DNA of 64,000 nt from Cirrosporium novae-zelandiae (lineage: Eukaryota). The notes below the pieces were generated by a model, which was not told where the DNA came from, did no database searches, and saw nothing but the letters and a program-made list of their open reading frames with translations. The translations under genes and the position numbers were made by a program. Positions 62,577 to 64,000 of the stretch are shown here, piece after piece. How positions within the stretch are numbered: the stretch's first letter is position 1; every line of letters starts with the position of its first letter. The stretch spans positions 496,001 through 560,000 of the forward strand of contig JAPETS010000011.1 in assembly GCA_026023565.1 (NCBI GenBank), in the 5' to 3' direction.

Positions 62577-64000
62577 ATGGATGACATTTGCAATGAAAGC
62601 CCTATTGACGAAGGGGTTTTCAATGATAGGTATAGTAAATGGTGTGGTAGCGCTAAAGTTGACCTTAGATTTCTAGCATATACCGAAGCCAAGCATGATG
62701 CGCGCTGGATCGATGAGAAGAATGTGGAAAGACTGATACAAATATTTCATCTCGAAGGCTGTCACCGACTGGACTTGGAAAACCATGTCCCAGTTTTAAT
62801 TAGCGAAGAACAGTTACACCAAGCTCTCTCTCGAGCCCATCTAGCCCGCCAAGACCTGTTGAACTTGAACGAGTTCCCATTCATTACTTTCGAAGACGAT
62901 ATCCGTCTTATTTGTATTCATGGAAAACACCGTCTGATTGCCGCCGATAAATTTCTTTGCCCAAGCGAGAAATGGTGGGTTGTCGATTTGTATATTGATG
63001 GTAATGTTCTCTGGTATATATGATGAGTAGAGTGAATAATTAATTATTACTAGGGTTGTTACCACAAACTGTTCGTGACATAGCTGAAGAATATGCCAAC
63101 TCAAAAAACTTTTGCGATGGGGATATATTTCGGAACATTCGCCATCATCAGAGGAATGATAATACCGCGCAAGCAACCAAATGGTTAGCAAGATTATCGG
63201 AAGGCAAAAGACAAGATCTGAAGAGACTGAGGAAAGCAGACGATCTTACAGAGTTGCGCTTGGCCTTCGATAAACTGTTACCTTTTACTGGGCTTTGGCC
63301 TGCTCTTCAGATTGGCACTTTTCACCGCCTCTTAGCTCTGAAATGCCCCGAGGTAAGCATCTCATTCATGAACTACTACCGATCCTAACATGATTTGAAG
63401 GAGCTGTGCCACTACCTGGAAGCAGTTTTCCAGACGTGGGATATTATATTCTTCCACGACGAAAGCTTGAGACCTTTGCTTGATGCAGGGACCGTGTCAA
63501 GTTTGCAAATGAGATGGCCAAAATATTCTCTTGATGATCGCATTCATATTGAAAGCTTAATGCAAGATAGACGCATTTTTCCGGCCATTACTTCAAGGTT
63601 CCTGCGATGCCGAATCTTAGGTCAGTTGCAAAACATACGTTACCGTATACTTAGTCTTTATACATTTTTGGAAGATACAAAATATCTGGAACCTGCGGCT
63701 TTTGCAATGAAAAGGCTGTTGCCTCCAAAGTTCAAAGGCTCAGTCCGAAGCCAGATGCGGATGTGTTATACCGGAAGGAACCAATCCAATGGTAAGCTGG
63801 AATGCCAGGTTTCAGAGTACGATTTCCAAGAGCAAAACATCAATGGACTGGAAGGGATCCAGATCGATCTACGAACCGACCAACTTTTTCTCTATAGTTT
63901 TCGTCATTTTCCTGAAATGAGTGGTATCAATCCCCGGAAAGACAACGGGAAACCCAAACCGCCACCACAGACCATCTGTGAAGAATCGGTAGTGGGGTTA
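62577..64000 (+). CDS. DUF3723-family protein (partial, runs off the window)
   Basis: KNVERLIQIFHLEGCHRLD, CIHGKHRLIAA, WWVVDLY, EEYANSKNFCDGDIFRNI, FDKLLPFTGLW, LKCPE|EL, SLYTFLEDTKYLEP and RHFPEM. Confidence 0.85.

Larger units (their letters stand above)
45171..64000. mobile_element. Putative Starship giant transposon (partial, captain-distal end) inserted in 5S rDNA
   Basis: Starts where 5S homology ends. Carries a patatin-like phospholipase, DUF3723-like and Myb/SANT-like genes, and largely lacks the host's simple repeats. Captain not seen in the window. Confidence 0.75.

Overview
Intron-containing genomic DNA from a filamentous ascomycete (Pezizomycotina-like), in four compartments. 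(1) About 1-29.4 kb is microsatellite- and homopolymer-rich host DNA. It holds a cytochrome P450, FIT/Scs3, a Rab5/Vps21 GTPase, ARPC5, NDUFAF5, dynactin p62, two orphan genes and a ~10 kb gene-poor gap. (2) About 29.5-43.2 kb is a non-self-recognition/cell-death-type island: a truncated alpha/beta-hydrolase-NACHT NLR pseudogene, a TPR-CHAT (caspase-like) gene with five in-frame stops preceded by a short gasdermin-like segment, and a head-to-head pair of an AAA+ ATPase and a P-loop-degenerate NACHT-like gene. (3) About 43.3-45.1 kb is host-like again, with a SnoaL-like gene. (4) A dispersed 5S rRNA gene at 45109 keeps its -29 TATA box but breaks off after ~62 nt. The sequence beyond the break, to the window end, looks like cargo of a giant Starship transposon: a divergent patatin-like phospholipase/DUF3723 pair, two Myb/SANT-like genes, a pseudokinase, an Est1-like protein, an LPMO-like secreted protein, a GPI-anchored protein and a repeat-rich 972-aa protein. 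No captain recombinase or 3' half of the 5S gene is seen; both are predicted to lie to the right of the window. All family calls are from motif recognition by eye, with no database search.
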